Shown: positions 1 to 8,335 of the stretch, piece after piece
How the letters are laid out: the number at the start of each line of letters is the position of its first letter
How positions within the stretch are numbered: position 1 is the first letter of the stretch
Origin: an uncultured Acidobacteriota bacterium
GTDB lineage: Bacteria; Acidobacteriota; Vicinamibacteria; Vicinamibacterales; UBA8438
Reading direction: 5' to 3'
Length of the DNA: 64,000 nucleotides
NCBI GenBank assembly: GCA_913043225.1
Contig: CAJWLU010000005.1
Span: 128,001 to 192,000, forward strand
Program-made: the position numbers and the translations under genes
Notes under the pieces: generated by a model
Told to the model about the DNA's origin: nothing
Databases searched by the model: none
The model's input: the letters and a program-made list of their open reading frames with translations, nothing else

Positions 1-357
1 CTGTCGCCTAAACACCTCCCGCTGCACGTCGCGCGGCGAGAAATCATAGTGGTAATCGAGTCCGATCTCTCCTACCGCCACGGTGCCGGGTCGTGCCTCG
101 ACCGCCGCCTCGAGGAACACGCCGACGTCAGCCGGCCGGTCGGTAAACGCCCCCGCATGATGCGGATGAACTCCGGTGGCAAACCGTACTGCCGGCCAAG
201 CCTCCTGCACCTCGTCGGCCCGGGTCGCCTCCCGGGCGAGGGTCGCATCAAGGATGCAAAGCACCCCAGACACACCAGCCGCTTTAGCGCGGGCCACCAC
301 CGGCTCGAGATCCTTGCCGAACGCCTCGTCCGCCAGATGGCAGTGCGAGTCGATCAC
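1..357 (-). CDS. tatD: TatD family metal-dependent hydrolase/DNase, partial (3' end runs off the window start)
   Basis: Not in the ORF track. Manual translation from GTG at 357 (GTGA overlap with the metG stop) gives MIDSHCHLADEAF...ATGVHPHHA...AVGEIGLDYHYDFSPRDVQREVFRRQ, the TatD signature motifs. Confidence 0.93.
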   Translation of the reverse strand, partial: MIDSHCHLADEAFGKDLEPVVARAKAAGVSGVLCILDATLAREATRADEVQEAWPAVRFATGVHPHHAGAFTDRPADVGVFLEAAVEARPGTVAVGEIGLDYHYDFSPRDVQREVFRRQ

Positions 358-2357
358 CGCACTCGTGCCCCTGATGGCGCCGCTTCGGGATCATCGACGG
401 TCAGCAACACCGGTTTGCCCTCCGGATCAGTGGCCGCGAGCATCATACCGTTCGAGTCGACGCCCATCAGCTTGGCCTTCTCCAAGTTTGCCACGATCAC
501 CACTGACCGTCCGACCAGGGACTCCGGCTCGTAGGCGCGGGCGATGCCAGCCACCAGCGTACGCTCGGCCCCACCCACCTCGACGGTCACCTTGAGCAAC
601 TTCTTCGACTTTGGGATCGCCTCCGCCGACGTTACGCGGGCCACCCGCAGCTCGACCTTCAGGAAGTCATCAAACGACACTCGGGGCGCCTCTTCAACTG
701 GCAGCGGGGCCGGCTTCTCGGCGGCAGGGGTGGGCATTGCGACCGGTGGTGCCGGCAGCGCCGGTGGGTCCAACTCGTCAGTCATCTTAGTCTCTGTTCC
801 TTTCGCTGCTGTCTTCCGCTCCCTCGTGGCGCCATCAGGCTCCGCGTCGGCCCGCTCGATTCGAGGCCAAAGTGGCGGCCCTTTGACCAGCGAACGGGGG
901 CGATTCGACCATGCCGCCTCGACCGACAGATCGGTCGGTGGACCATCATGGCCCATGCGACGGAGAATCTCCGTAGCTGATGACGGTATGGCGGGCCACA
1001 AGAGCACGGCCGAGACCCTGATTGACTCGGCGGCGTCAAACAGCACCCTGTCCAGCGCTTCCGCCTGAGCCGGGTCCTTTGCCAGCGCCCAGGGTTCCGA
1101 CCGCGTGATGTACTCGTTGGTCGCGTCGACTAGATCGAAGGCCAGGGTCATCCCGGCATGAAGGCGATGCTCATCCATGGCGGCCCGATATCGGCTCACA
1201 ACTTCCGCGGCCCGTATCTCCAGCGACGACGCACCCCCCTCGGGAGCTGATAGCTGTCCATCTCGGTATTTATGCGCCATCACCGCCACCCGGTTCACCA
1301 GGTTGCCGAGGTTGTTGGCAAGGTCGACGTTGTACTGCTCTTCGAACCGTTCCCACGAAAAGTCGCCGTCCTGACCGAACGTGATCTCCTTGGTGAGGTA
1401 GAGCCGGAGCGGATCCGGCCCCAGGCGCTCGGCTGCCTCGAGAGGGTCGACGCTCATGCCCAGTGACTTGCTCATCTTCTGGCCCTGCCAGTGGACCCAC
1501 CCGTGGCCGAAAACCTGCGCCGGCAGCGGCACCCCTGCGCTCATCAGCATCGCGGGCCATACGACGGTGTGGAACCGGGTGATGTCCTTCCCGACCACGT
1601 GGAGCTGGGCTGGCCACCAACGTTCGAACAGCGCCTCGTCGGTGCCGTAGCCAATCGCCGCGATGTAGTTGATCAGCGCGTCGAACCAGACGTAGACCAC
1701 GCTCGACGGGTCGAACGGAAGCGGGATGCCCCAGCTCTGCCCGGTCCGGCTGACCGAAATGTCTTCCAGCCCGCCCTCAAGCAACCGGAGCATCTCGTTC
1801 CGCCGCACCTCAGGCTGCAGGAACTCCGGGTGCGCCCGGTAGTGAGCCAGCAGTGGATCGCGGTAGCGGGACAAACGGAAAAAGTGGTTCTTCTCCTTGA
1901 TCCAGTCCGGCTTCTGCGTCGGGTGAACCTGGCAGTAGCCATCGAGTAAATCCTTGTCTTGCTTGAACGCTTCGCAGGAGACGCAGTACCACCCCTCGTA
2001 CTCGCCCTCGTAGAGGTCACCGGCGTCGGCGATCCGCTGCACAAGGGTGGTCACTGCCACGCGGTGACGATCCTCGGTAGTCCGAATGAAATCATCGAAC
2101 GAGACGTCGAGCTTGGCCCAGGTCTCTCGGAACACCTGCTCCATCTCGTCACAGAACGCGATCGGGTCGAGTCCGCGCTCGGCGGCCCTCTGATATACGT
2201 TCTGAGAATGCTCGTCATTTCCCATGACGAACCACGTCGGGATCCCGCACATGCGGCGGTACCTGACGATCACGTCTGCCGTGACCTTCTCGTAGGCCGT
2301 TCCCAGGTGCGGGCGGCTGTTGACGTAGTCGATCGCCGTGGTGAGATAGAATCCCAC
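354..2357 (-). CDS. metG: Methionine--tRNA ligase with C-terminal OB-fold tRNA-binding domain
   Basis: FYLTTAIDYVNSRPHLGT (HIGH variant), Zn knuckle CVSC..CQVH, YVWFDAL, GKDI, KMSKS, and a C-terminal domain starting FDDFLKVELRVA. Confidence 0.97.
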   Translation of the reverse strand: MGFYLTTAIDYVNSRPHLGTAYEKVTADVIVRYRRMCGIPTWFVMGNDEHSQNVYQRAAERGLDPIAFCDEMEQVFRETWAKLDVSFDDFIRTTEDRHRVAVTTLVQRIADAGDLYEGEYEGWYCVSCEAFKQDKDLLDGYCQVHPTQKPDWIKEKNHFFRLSRYRDPLLAHYRAHPEFLQPEVRRNEMLRLLEGGLEDISVSRTGQSWGIPLPFDPSSVVYVWFDALINYIAAIGYGTDEALFERWWPAQLHVVGKDITRFHTVVWPAMLMSAGVPLPAQVFGHGWVHWQGQKMSKSLGMSVDPLEAAERLGPDPLRLYLTKEITFGQDGDFSWERFEEQYNVDLANNLGNLVNRVAVMAHKYRDGQLSAPEGGASSLEIRAAEVVSRYRAAMDEHRLHAGMTLAFDLVDATNEYITRSEPWALAKDPAQAEALDRVLFDAAESIRVSAVLLWPAIPSSATEILRRMGHDGPPTDLSVEAAWSNRPRSLVKGPPLWPRIERADAEPDGATRERKTAAKGTETKMTDELDPPALPAPPVAMPTPAAEKPAPLPVEEAPRVSFDDFLKVELRVARVTSAEAIPKSKKLLKVTVEVGGAERTLVAGIARAYEPESLVGRSVVIVANLEKAKLMGVDSNGMMLAATDPEGKPVLLTVDDPEAAPSGARVR

Positions 2358-3553
2358 TACTTCCTCTCCGTTGTGCTCGAGCGATAGGCTTGCACCGCCG
2401 CGGCCTGAATTTCCTTGACCGACACATCATGGACGTCGGCCTGACGGGCGCAATCGTCGAACTCCGGCGAGACGTTCATCACGGCCTCGCCCCGGCTCGC
2501 CACCTTGCACCGAATCTCACCGAATGGCGTTATCACCGGCACAAGGCTCCGCTGCAGCACCTCGCGGGTCATCTCGCTCCATCGGAGGCCGATCGTGGTC
2601 GAGTCGCGAAACAACGCATCAACCACCGCCTGGCGTGACGCCGGAGGAGCCAGCACCGTGACCAAGGTCCCTGGCCGGTTCTTTTTCATCTGTACAGCCG
2701 TGTAGAACACCTCGACCGCTCCGGCAGCATACAGACGCTCCATTAGCACCCCAAACAGGCGAGGATCCATGTCGTCCACCTCGCACTCGACGACCGCGAT
2801 CCGTTCACTGCCAGCCAATGGCCCAGTCTCCCCGACCAGCACACGGAGCACGTTGGGATGCCCCGCCGGGTTCCTCGTGCCCGCTCCGTACCCGATCTGG
2901 CTGACCTGCATCGGCGGTAGGTCACCGTACTCGGTGGCAAACTCGGTCACGAGCAATGCCCCGGTCGGGGTGAGCTTTTCTCCCGGTGGACCGGCGGCGT
3001 AGATCGGCACGCCGGCCACCAGCGCCGCTGTCGCCGGCGCGGGCACCGGCAACGTCCCATGCTCGCAATCGACGGTGCCGCTCCCCACGTTAATGGAAGA
3101 CGCCACGATCTTCTCGGCGCCGAACCACTCGAGGGCGAAAACGCCGCCTACGATGTCGACGATCGAGTCGAGCGCCCCAACTTCGTGCAGATGCACCTTC
3201 TCGACCGGCATCTGATGAATCCCTGCCTCGGCCTCGGCCAACCGCGTAAACAACCGATTCGCCCGGGCCTTGGTCTCGTCACCGAGAGCGGTTCGGTCCA
3301 CGAGCTTCCGGATACCAGACAAGTGGCGGTGACGGTGCCCGGTCTCGAGCTGTCGCTCCACCACGGTGAACTTGGTCGCCGCCAGGCCAGACCGGTCGAC
3401 CCGCTCCGCCTCCACTCGGCACTCGTCCTCCAAGGCAAGGGAGCCCAGAGCCTCTTCGAGCGCATCAAACGGGAGACCGGCGTCGAGCAACGCGCCGATG
3501 ACCATGTCACCGGAGGCACCCGAAAAGCAGTCCAGGTACAGCACGCGGCTCAC
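2357..3553 (-). CDS. larC: Nickel-pincer cofactor nickel insertase LarC (single full-length ORF)
   Basis: YLDCFSGASGDM, HRHRH, VHLHEVGALDSIVD, PVPAPAT, TPTGA, ECEVDDM, MKKNRPG, PEFDDC motifs. Confidence 0.93.
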   Translation of the reverse strand: MSRVLYLDCFSGASGDMVIGALLDAGLPFDALEEALGSLALEDECRVEAERVDRSGLAATKFTVVERQLETGHRHRHLSGIRKLVDRTALGDETKARANRLFTRLAEAEAGIHQMPVEKVHLHEVGALDSIVDIVGGVFALEWFGAEKIVASSINVGSGTVDCEHGTLPVPAPATAALVAGVPIYAAGPPGEKLTPTGALLVTEFATEYGDLPPMQVSQIGYGAGTRNPAGHPNVLRVLVGETGPLAGSERIAVVECEVDDMDPRLFGVLMERLYAAGAVEVFYTAVQMKKNRPGTLVTVLAPPASRQAVVDALFRDSTTIGLRWSEMTREVLQRSLVPVITPFGEIRCKVASRGEAVMNVSPEFDDCARQADVHDVSVKEIQAAAVQAYRSSTTERK

Positions 3554-3687
3554 TGGCCCAGTGCCCCATCAGAGAAGTACGTCACTAAATTTTTCCCGTC
3601 TCCAGAAAACTCCACTACAAAACGTTCGCCATTACCAGGTGGTCGCTGACCTCTATGCCCAGCGCAAGGCATCACCATGCCTCGACC

Positions 3688-4476
3688 TTAGCCGTCCCAG
3701 CGCCCCGTCATGACGATCTCCGCCCACCCGGTCAGTCGGATCGCCGCTTCCTCCCAGACGACCCGCTGCACCCCACCAGGCGACTCGACGTCAAGCGATC
3801 GGGAAGCGCCACCGAACGCGGCCGCAGCTACCCCGCTCGCGCAGGCGCCCGTACCCGAAGCCGCGGTCGGACCAACACCACGCTCCCAAATCAGGATGCG
3901 GATGTGCGAGGGCGTTACGACCTCGACCAGTTCGACATTCGTCCCATGCGGATACGCCTCGTGCACCGCGAGCGCGGCTCCGAGTTCATGCAGCCGATCC
4001 TCCGTCAGCGGTCCACCGAGCACGACGCACTGAGGGTTGCCAACCGAGAGCTGGACAACCTCGACCGCCGCCCCGGCCACCTCTAGCGTGCGCCGGGCAA
4101 GCCCGCTCGGCGCTGGCATCTCCGCCTCGAAAATCCAGCGAGGTTCGCGTGTCTCTAGCTTCCGGAGGGCGATTGGTCCGGCATCGGTCTCAACCCGCAG
4201 CTCGTCAAGCTCCGGTCGATCTCGGGCCACAATCGCCGCCAGACAGCGCACCGCGTTACCCGATACCTCCGCCACCCCTCCGTCGGCGTTGTAGAGCACC
4301 ATCCGGCTCCCGGAAGGGATCGGTGTGTGCAGAACAAGACCATCGCCGCCAACGCCGGTGTGACGGTCACACATCTCTCGAGCTAACCGGGCCCGCCCAT
4401 CCGACGGGGTCTGGTCGAGAGGCGCGAAGAGGAAATCATTCCCATAAGCGTGCGCCTTGATGAGGTCGATGGACAT
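3688..4476 (-). CDS. dapF: Diaminopimelate epimerase family protein (Ser at both catalytic Cys positions)
   Basis: KAHAYGNDF, RHTGVGGDG, NADG..AEVSGN, SVGNPQCV, NVE, WERGVGPTAASGTG. Confidence 0.88.
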   Translation of the reverse strand: MSIDLIKAHAYGNDFLFAPLDQTPSDGRARLAREMCDRHTGVGGDGLVLHTPIPSGSRMVLYNADGGVAEVSGNAVRCLAAIVARDRPELDELRVETDAGPIALRKLETREPRWIFEAEMPAPSGLARRTLEVAGAAVEVVQLSVGNPQCVVLGGPLTEDRLHELGAALAVHEAYPHGTNVELVEVVTPSHIRILIWERGVGPTAASGTGACASGVAAAAFGGASRSLDVESPGGVQRVVWEEAAIRLTGWAEIVMTGRWDG

Positions 4477-4495
4477 GCCGATATATGGTCAGAGG

Positions 4496-5335
4496 TCAGG
4501 GGGTCGCCAGCGTCGTCAAGGGACTCGTGAACACCCAGGTCAGCCCGCCGGTTACCCCAACGCGGGGGTCGTCCGCCGTGAAACCAGCGAACAACCCGCC
4601 ATCGAGGCGCACCGAACCTCGGGTGTAGCGAAGCCCGAACGTCATCCGCCCGCCGGTCTGGTCACCAGCCTTGCCGTTCACCTCGACCACGACCTCGGTG
4701 CCCGGGTAGAGTGCCCTAGCTAGCGACAGCCCATAGGTCAGCACATCGTCCTGCCGTTCACCCCGAATCGGGTCGGTCAGGATCCCGAGTCCCACGTTAC
4801 CCACGATGCGCACCGCTTGGATCGTCTTTCCGACCAACAGCGACTGAAAGAAGTCCATCGTGTCGAGCCCAAGGCCGCTTTCGTTGGTCGCCATCGGCAA
4901 TCGCGTCGCGAAACGCAGCGCAATACCGGGACGCCTAGCGCCTTCTGACAGGAACTTCACCTTCGCACCGATGACGATGTCGTCATAGCCGCTGGTGGTG
5001 CTGCCTCGCGCGCGGACCATGTCGGCGAGCGGGGCCGGGAAACGGTCGCTGATGGCCAGCCGGCTGCGAGAAAGACCGTCCAGCTGGATCTCGGCTAGGT
5101 CGCCCATTCCGAAGCTTAGTCCGACGAGCGGCCCCCGCAACAGGTTCCCCTCGAGTCCCGAGGACGGGAACGGCTGGTCCCAAACATGATCGATGCCTGT
5201 CTCTAGCAGAATGAGACCGTCCCCGACCGGCTCAGGGTCTTCGGTCAACAGCGGCCGCTGCTGGGCCGCCGCCGGCGCCACGCTCATCACCAGGGCCGTC
5301 ACTACCCCGGCTGTCCATCTCCAGCCTCTTGTCAT
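4496..5335 (-). CDS. Secreted outer-membrane beta-barrel-like protein (putative transporter/porin)
   Basis: Signal peptide ending APAAA-QQRPLLTED, followed by alternating amphipathic strands. Start placed at ATG 5335; ATG 5287 is an alternative. Confidence 0.6.
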   Translation of the reverse strand: MTRGWRWTAGVVTALVMSVAPAAAQQRPLLTEDPEPVGDGLILLETGIDHVWDQPFPSSGLEGNLLRGPLVGLSFGMGDLAEIQLDGLSRSRLAISDRFPAPLADMVRARGSTTSGYDDIVIGAKVKFLSEGARRPGIALRFATRLPMATNESGLGLDTMDFFQSLLVGKTIQAVRIVGNVGLGILTDPIRGERQDDVLTYGLSLARALYPGTEVVVEVNGKAGDQTGGRMTFGLRYTRGSVRLDGGLFAGFTADDPRVGVTGGLTWVFTSPLTTLATP

Positions 5336-5879
5336 CTTCGCTCTCACCTCTGTCCCTTCGGATGTATCCGATGGCCGCCGCGTCATACGTCGCGTGCGCG
5401 ACGATCGGCGCCAACAGGCCGCCGGTGAAGGCCGCCAGCGCTCCCAGCCCGAGTCCCATCAGGCCCGCCCAGATCCCGAACGCCAGCGACGTCCGTCCAC
5501 CGATGTGAGCCAGGCCAAATAGCACACTCGCGACGAGCAGTCCCCATTCGCCCTGCACCGCCCCCCGAAACAGAAGCTCCTCACCGATACCGGCCGCCAA
5601 GCTCACCCCCAGGACTTCTGCCAACGTGGCCCGGGAAAACAGCGGGCGGAGCGTCTCCCGATACAGGGTCCTGATCTGGCGGACGGGACCGACCGGCGGC
5701 GCCAGCCTGAGCATCGCGTAATTCAGCGCCCCGAGGGCGACGGCGGCGACCAGCCCCATCCCCACGCCACGACCCACAGGCCCAAGCTCAAGCGGCAAGC
5801 TGCGCCAGCAGACCCAAACCGACGCCACCACAGCCAGCAGCCCTTCTCCGACGAGCGCCACCGTCAACAACCGGCTCAT
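5232..5879 (-). CDS. CPBP (CAAX/Abi) intramembrane metalloprotease
   Basis: Polytopic, with GIGEELLFRG, FGLAH and HATYD motifs. Confidence 0.9.
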   Translation of the reverse strand: MSRLLTVALVGEGLLAVVASVWVCWRSLPLELGPVGRGVGMGLVAAVALGALNYAMLRLAPPVGPVRQIRTLYRETLRPLFSRATLAEVLGVSLAAGIGEELLFRGAVQGEWGLLVASVLFGLAHIGGRTSLAFGIWAGLMGLGLGALAAFTGGLLAPIVAHATYDAAAIGYIRRDRGESEDDKRLEMDSRGSDGPGDERGAGGGPAAAAVDRRP

Positions 5880-5887
5880 GACGGACC

Positions 5888-6337
5888 TCAGAACACCTTC
5901 TGACTGTCGAGGAGGATGGTGACCGGGCCGTCGTTGGCGGCCTCAACCGACATGTGGGCCTGGAAGCGACCCCATGAGACAGGCACACCAAGCGCGCCGA
6001 GCGCTGCCCCGAGACACTCGTAGAGTGCCCGGGCACGTTCGGGCGACGCTGCCCGGTCGAACGATGGCCGTCGGCCCCGTCGACAGTCCCCGTAGAGCGT
6101 GAACTGCGACACCAGCAGCACCGCGCCACCCGCATCGATCACCGACCGGCTGAACCGCCCGTCGCCGTCCTCAAAAACACGGAGTTCGGCGATCTTCCGG
6201 GCCAGATAGTCGACCGCTCCGTCGTCGTCTTCCCCTGCCACACCGACATAGACGAGCAGGCCCGGCCCAATCGCCCCGACCATGTCGCCATCAACCGTGA
6301 CACTCGCCGAGGTCACCCTTTGCACGACGGCCCGCAT
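5888..6337 (-). CDS. dtd: D-aminoacyl-tRNA deacylase
   Basis: MRAVVQRV, SQFTL, GRRPSF, NDGPVT motifs; start at ATG 6337. Confidence 0.96.
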   Translation of the reverse strand: MRAVVQRVTSASVTVDGDMVGAIGPGLLVYVGVAGEDDDGAVDYLARKIAELRVFEDGDGRFSRSVIDAGGAVLLVSQFTLYGDCRRGRRPSFDRAASPERARALYECLGAALGALGVPVSWGRFQAHMSVEAANDGPVTILLDSQKVF

Positions 6338-6421
6338 CAGATTTGGCGACGCGCCCACCCCACCAGAGAACCGACGAGACGGTGTTTCGGAGAAACAGCC
6401 ACAGGCATGAACACGCAGAGG

Positions 6422-7237
6422 CTACGTGGTGAGAGGGACCGGCTGGTCGAGAGTGGCAGCGACTTCGGCCCGCAACTCGGCCACCGGGTTGAGCCGGCGG
6501 TCGAGCAGATGTCTCCCCGCCACGTTGCCGAGCGCCTTCAGCATCGACTGCTTGACACCCGGGTGCTCCCGCTCCAGGTCGACGAGCAGCCGTTTCACCC
6601 GCTGGCGCTGCAGGCTCATGTCGCCACAGGCCGAACAGCAGCATCCAATGATCGGCAGCCCGACCTCGTCGGTGTACTGTCGCGCTTCCTCTTCCGCCAC
6701 ATACACAAGCGGCCGGATCACGACGTGCCGACGGTCGTCCGACACCAGCCGAGGCGGCATCGCCTTGAGCGCACCGGCGAAAAACAGGTTCAGCAGCAGC
6801 GTCTCAATGAAATCGTCGGCGTGATGGCCGAGCGCGATCTTCGTCGCCCCGACCGCACTGGCCACCCGGTAGAGTACGCCCCGCCTGAGGCGGGCGCACA
6901 GCGAACAGGGCGTCGCCTGTGCATCGAGCTTGTCATCGAGGATGGCACCGATCGTGGTGTGCTCGATCTGGAGCTCCCAGCCTCGCTCATCGCAGATCTG
7001 GGCAATGGTGTCATGCCGGTAGTCGCGGTACCCCGAGTCGACGTTGACGGCCACGAGCGTGAAGTTGATCGGGGCGCGACGACGCAACGCCTCCAACAAC
7101 TGCATCAGAGCCCAGCTGTCCTTGCCTCCGGACAACCCCACCATCACCCGGTCGCCCTCTTCGATCAGATCGAAGTCGACGATGGCACGTGTGACTTTCC
7201 GGGCCAGCTTCTTTTCGAGCGCGCTCGCGTAGGCCAT
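6422..7237 (-). CDS. ttcA: tRNA 2-thiocytidine(32) synthetase TtcA
   Basis: PP-loop SGGKDS, CSLCARLRRG, GHHADD, IRPL, and a second Cys cluster CCCSAC. Confidence 0.92.
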   Translation of the reverse strand: MAYASALEKKLARKVTRAIVDFDLIEEGDRVMVGLSGGKDSWALMQLLEALRRRAPINFTLVAVNVDSGYRDYRHDTIAQICDERGWELQIEHTTIGAILDDKLDAQATPCSLCARLRRGVLYRVASAVGATKIALGHHADDFIETLLLNLFFAGALKAMPPRLVSDDRRHVVIRPLVYVAEEEARQYTDEVGLPIIGCCCSACGDMSLQRQRVKRLLVDLEREHPGVKQSMLKALGNVAGRHLLDRRLNPVAELRAEVAATLDQPVPLTT

Positions 7238-7264
7238 CGTGGGTCAGTTTACCGGACGTCTTCG

Positions 7265-8314
7265 TCAGCCGCCGAGGAGCCGGGGAAGCGTCCGCTCCCA
7301 GGTGTACTCCGCTGCCCGCTGCCTGGCGGCGGTCCCGAGACGTTCGGCTTCGTCCTCATCGTCCATAAGCCGGCGACAGGCTTCCCCGACCGCGTCTGGG
7401 GTTGGTTCGACGACGAAGCCATGGGTGCCATCGTCGACGAGCTCGGCCGGCCCTCCGCTGTCGGCGCACGTCAGCACCGCCTTGCCCGACTGGAACGCCT
7501 CGAGCGTGAGCAAACCGTAGTCCTCTGCAGCGGTCAGGTAGCAAACTGCCCGGCAGCGCGCTAAATGGTCGACCAGAGCAACGTCGTCGATGGAGCCAAC
7601 CAGCTGCACCCGGTCGGCGAGGCCGAGCTCCTGCAGCCGAGCCTCCAAAACAGGTCGCTGGTCACCGTCGCCTGCGATCACACACCGGACCCCGACCGCG
7701 ACGGGCCGCGCCAGCGCCTCGAGCAGGAGCTCCACCCGCTTGAGCGGCGACAGCCGGCACGCCACAAACAGGTAGTCGCCGTACCCATCACATCGATACG
7801 AGCGCGGTGGCGGCGGCGGATACAGCACCTCGGACGGAATCCGGCCCCAGGTCGACAGACGCGCCTGAATGGTCTTGGACTGCGCGAAAAGCGTGCGGAC
7901 GTTGCGCGTCAGCAGATACGTATCGGCGGCGTGGATCACCCGCCGCCGCGCCCGTTCCTTGATCCGGCCTTTCCACGACAACGTCGCTTCGAACCGCGGC
8001 CATTGGTCGTAGTACTCGCGCATCCGATGGTTGATCCAACAAACATGGGACGGGTGACGCACCGCGTAGCTCGGAAAGCGGAAACTGACCACGTGGTCGA
8101 TCGGGTGTCCATCGTGGGCCATACCCACATCGGTCAGCCAGGTCGACAGGTAGGCGCCCCCTTGCCGACCGAACCGGTTCTGGGGTGTCCGGACCACGGT
8201 GGCGTCGTGCCCCGCCTCACGGAGCGCCCGAACCAGACCGTGCGCGATGACCAGATGGCCACCCTCGGCGAACAAGGGATGTGAGGTAACGACCGCGACC
8301 CTAGCCACCGACAC
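7265..8314 (-). CDS. Glycosyltransferase family 4
   Basis: GT-B C-terminal motif EDYGLLTLEAFQSGKAV; RLSPLKR. Confidence 0.9.
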   Translation of the reverse strand: MSVARVAVVTSHPLFAEGGHLVIAHGLVRALREAGHDATVVRTPQNRFGRQGGAYLSTWLTDVGMAHDGHPIDHVVSFRFPSYAVRHPSHVCWINHRMREYYDQWPRFEATLSWKGRIKERARRRVIHAADTYLLTRNVRTLFAQSKTIQARLSTWGRIPSEVLYPPPPPRSYRCDGYGDYLFVACRLSPLKRVELLLEALARPVAVGVRCVIAGDGDQRPVLEARLQELGLADRVQLVGSIDDVALVDHLARCRAVCYLTAAEDYGLLTLEAFQSGKAVLTCADSGGPAELVDDGTHGFVVEPTPDAVGEACRRLMDDEDEAERLGTAARQRAAEYTWERTLPRLLGG

Positions 8315-8335
8315 CTCTCATCATCGGCCGTCTCC

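Noticed and set aside
5232..5335. Overlap of the CPBP protease tail with the next gene as a programmed recoding site
   Set aside because: The tail is low-complexity and best explained by a lost stop codon or a later start at 5287; no slippery site seen.
6320..7564. Long plus-strand ORF (414 aa), and similar long ORFs at 46176..47273, 50350..51522, 57937..58746 and 49..534
   Set aside because: Antisense shadows of well-supported genes, expected in high-GC DNA; no motifs.
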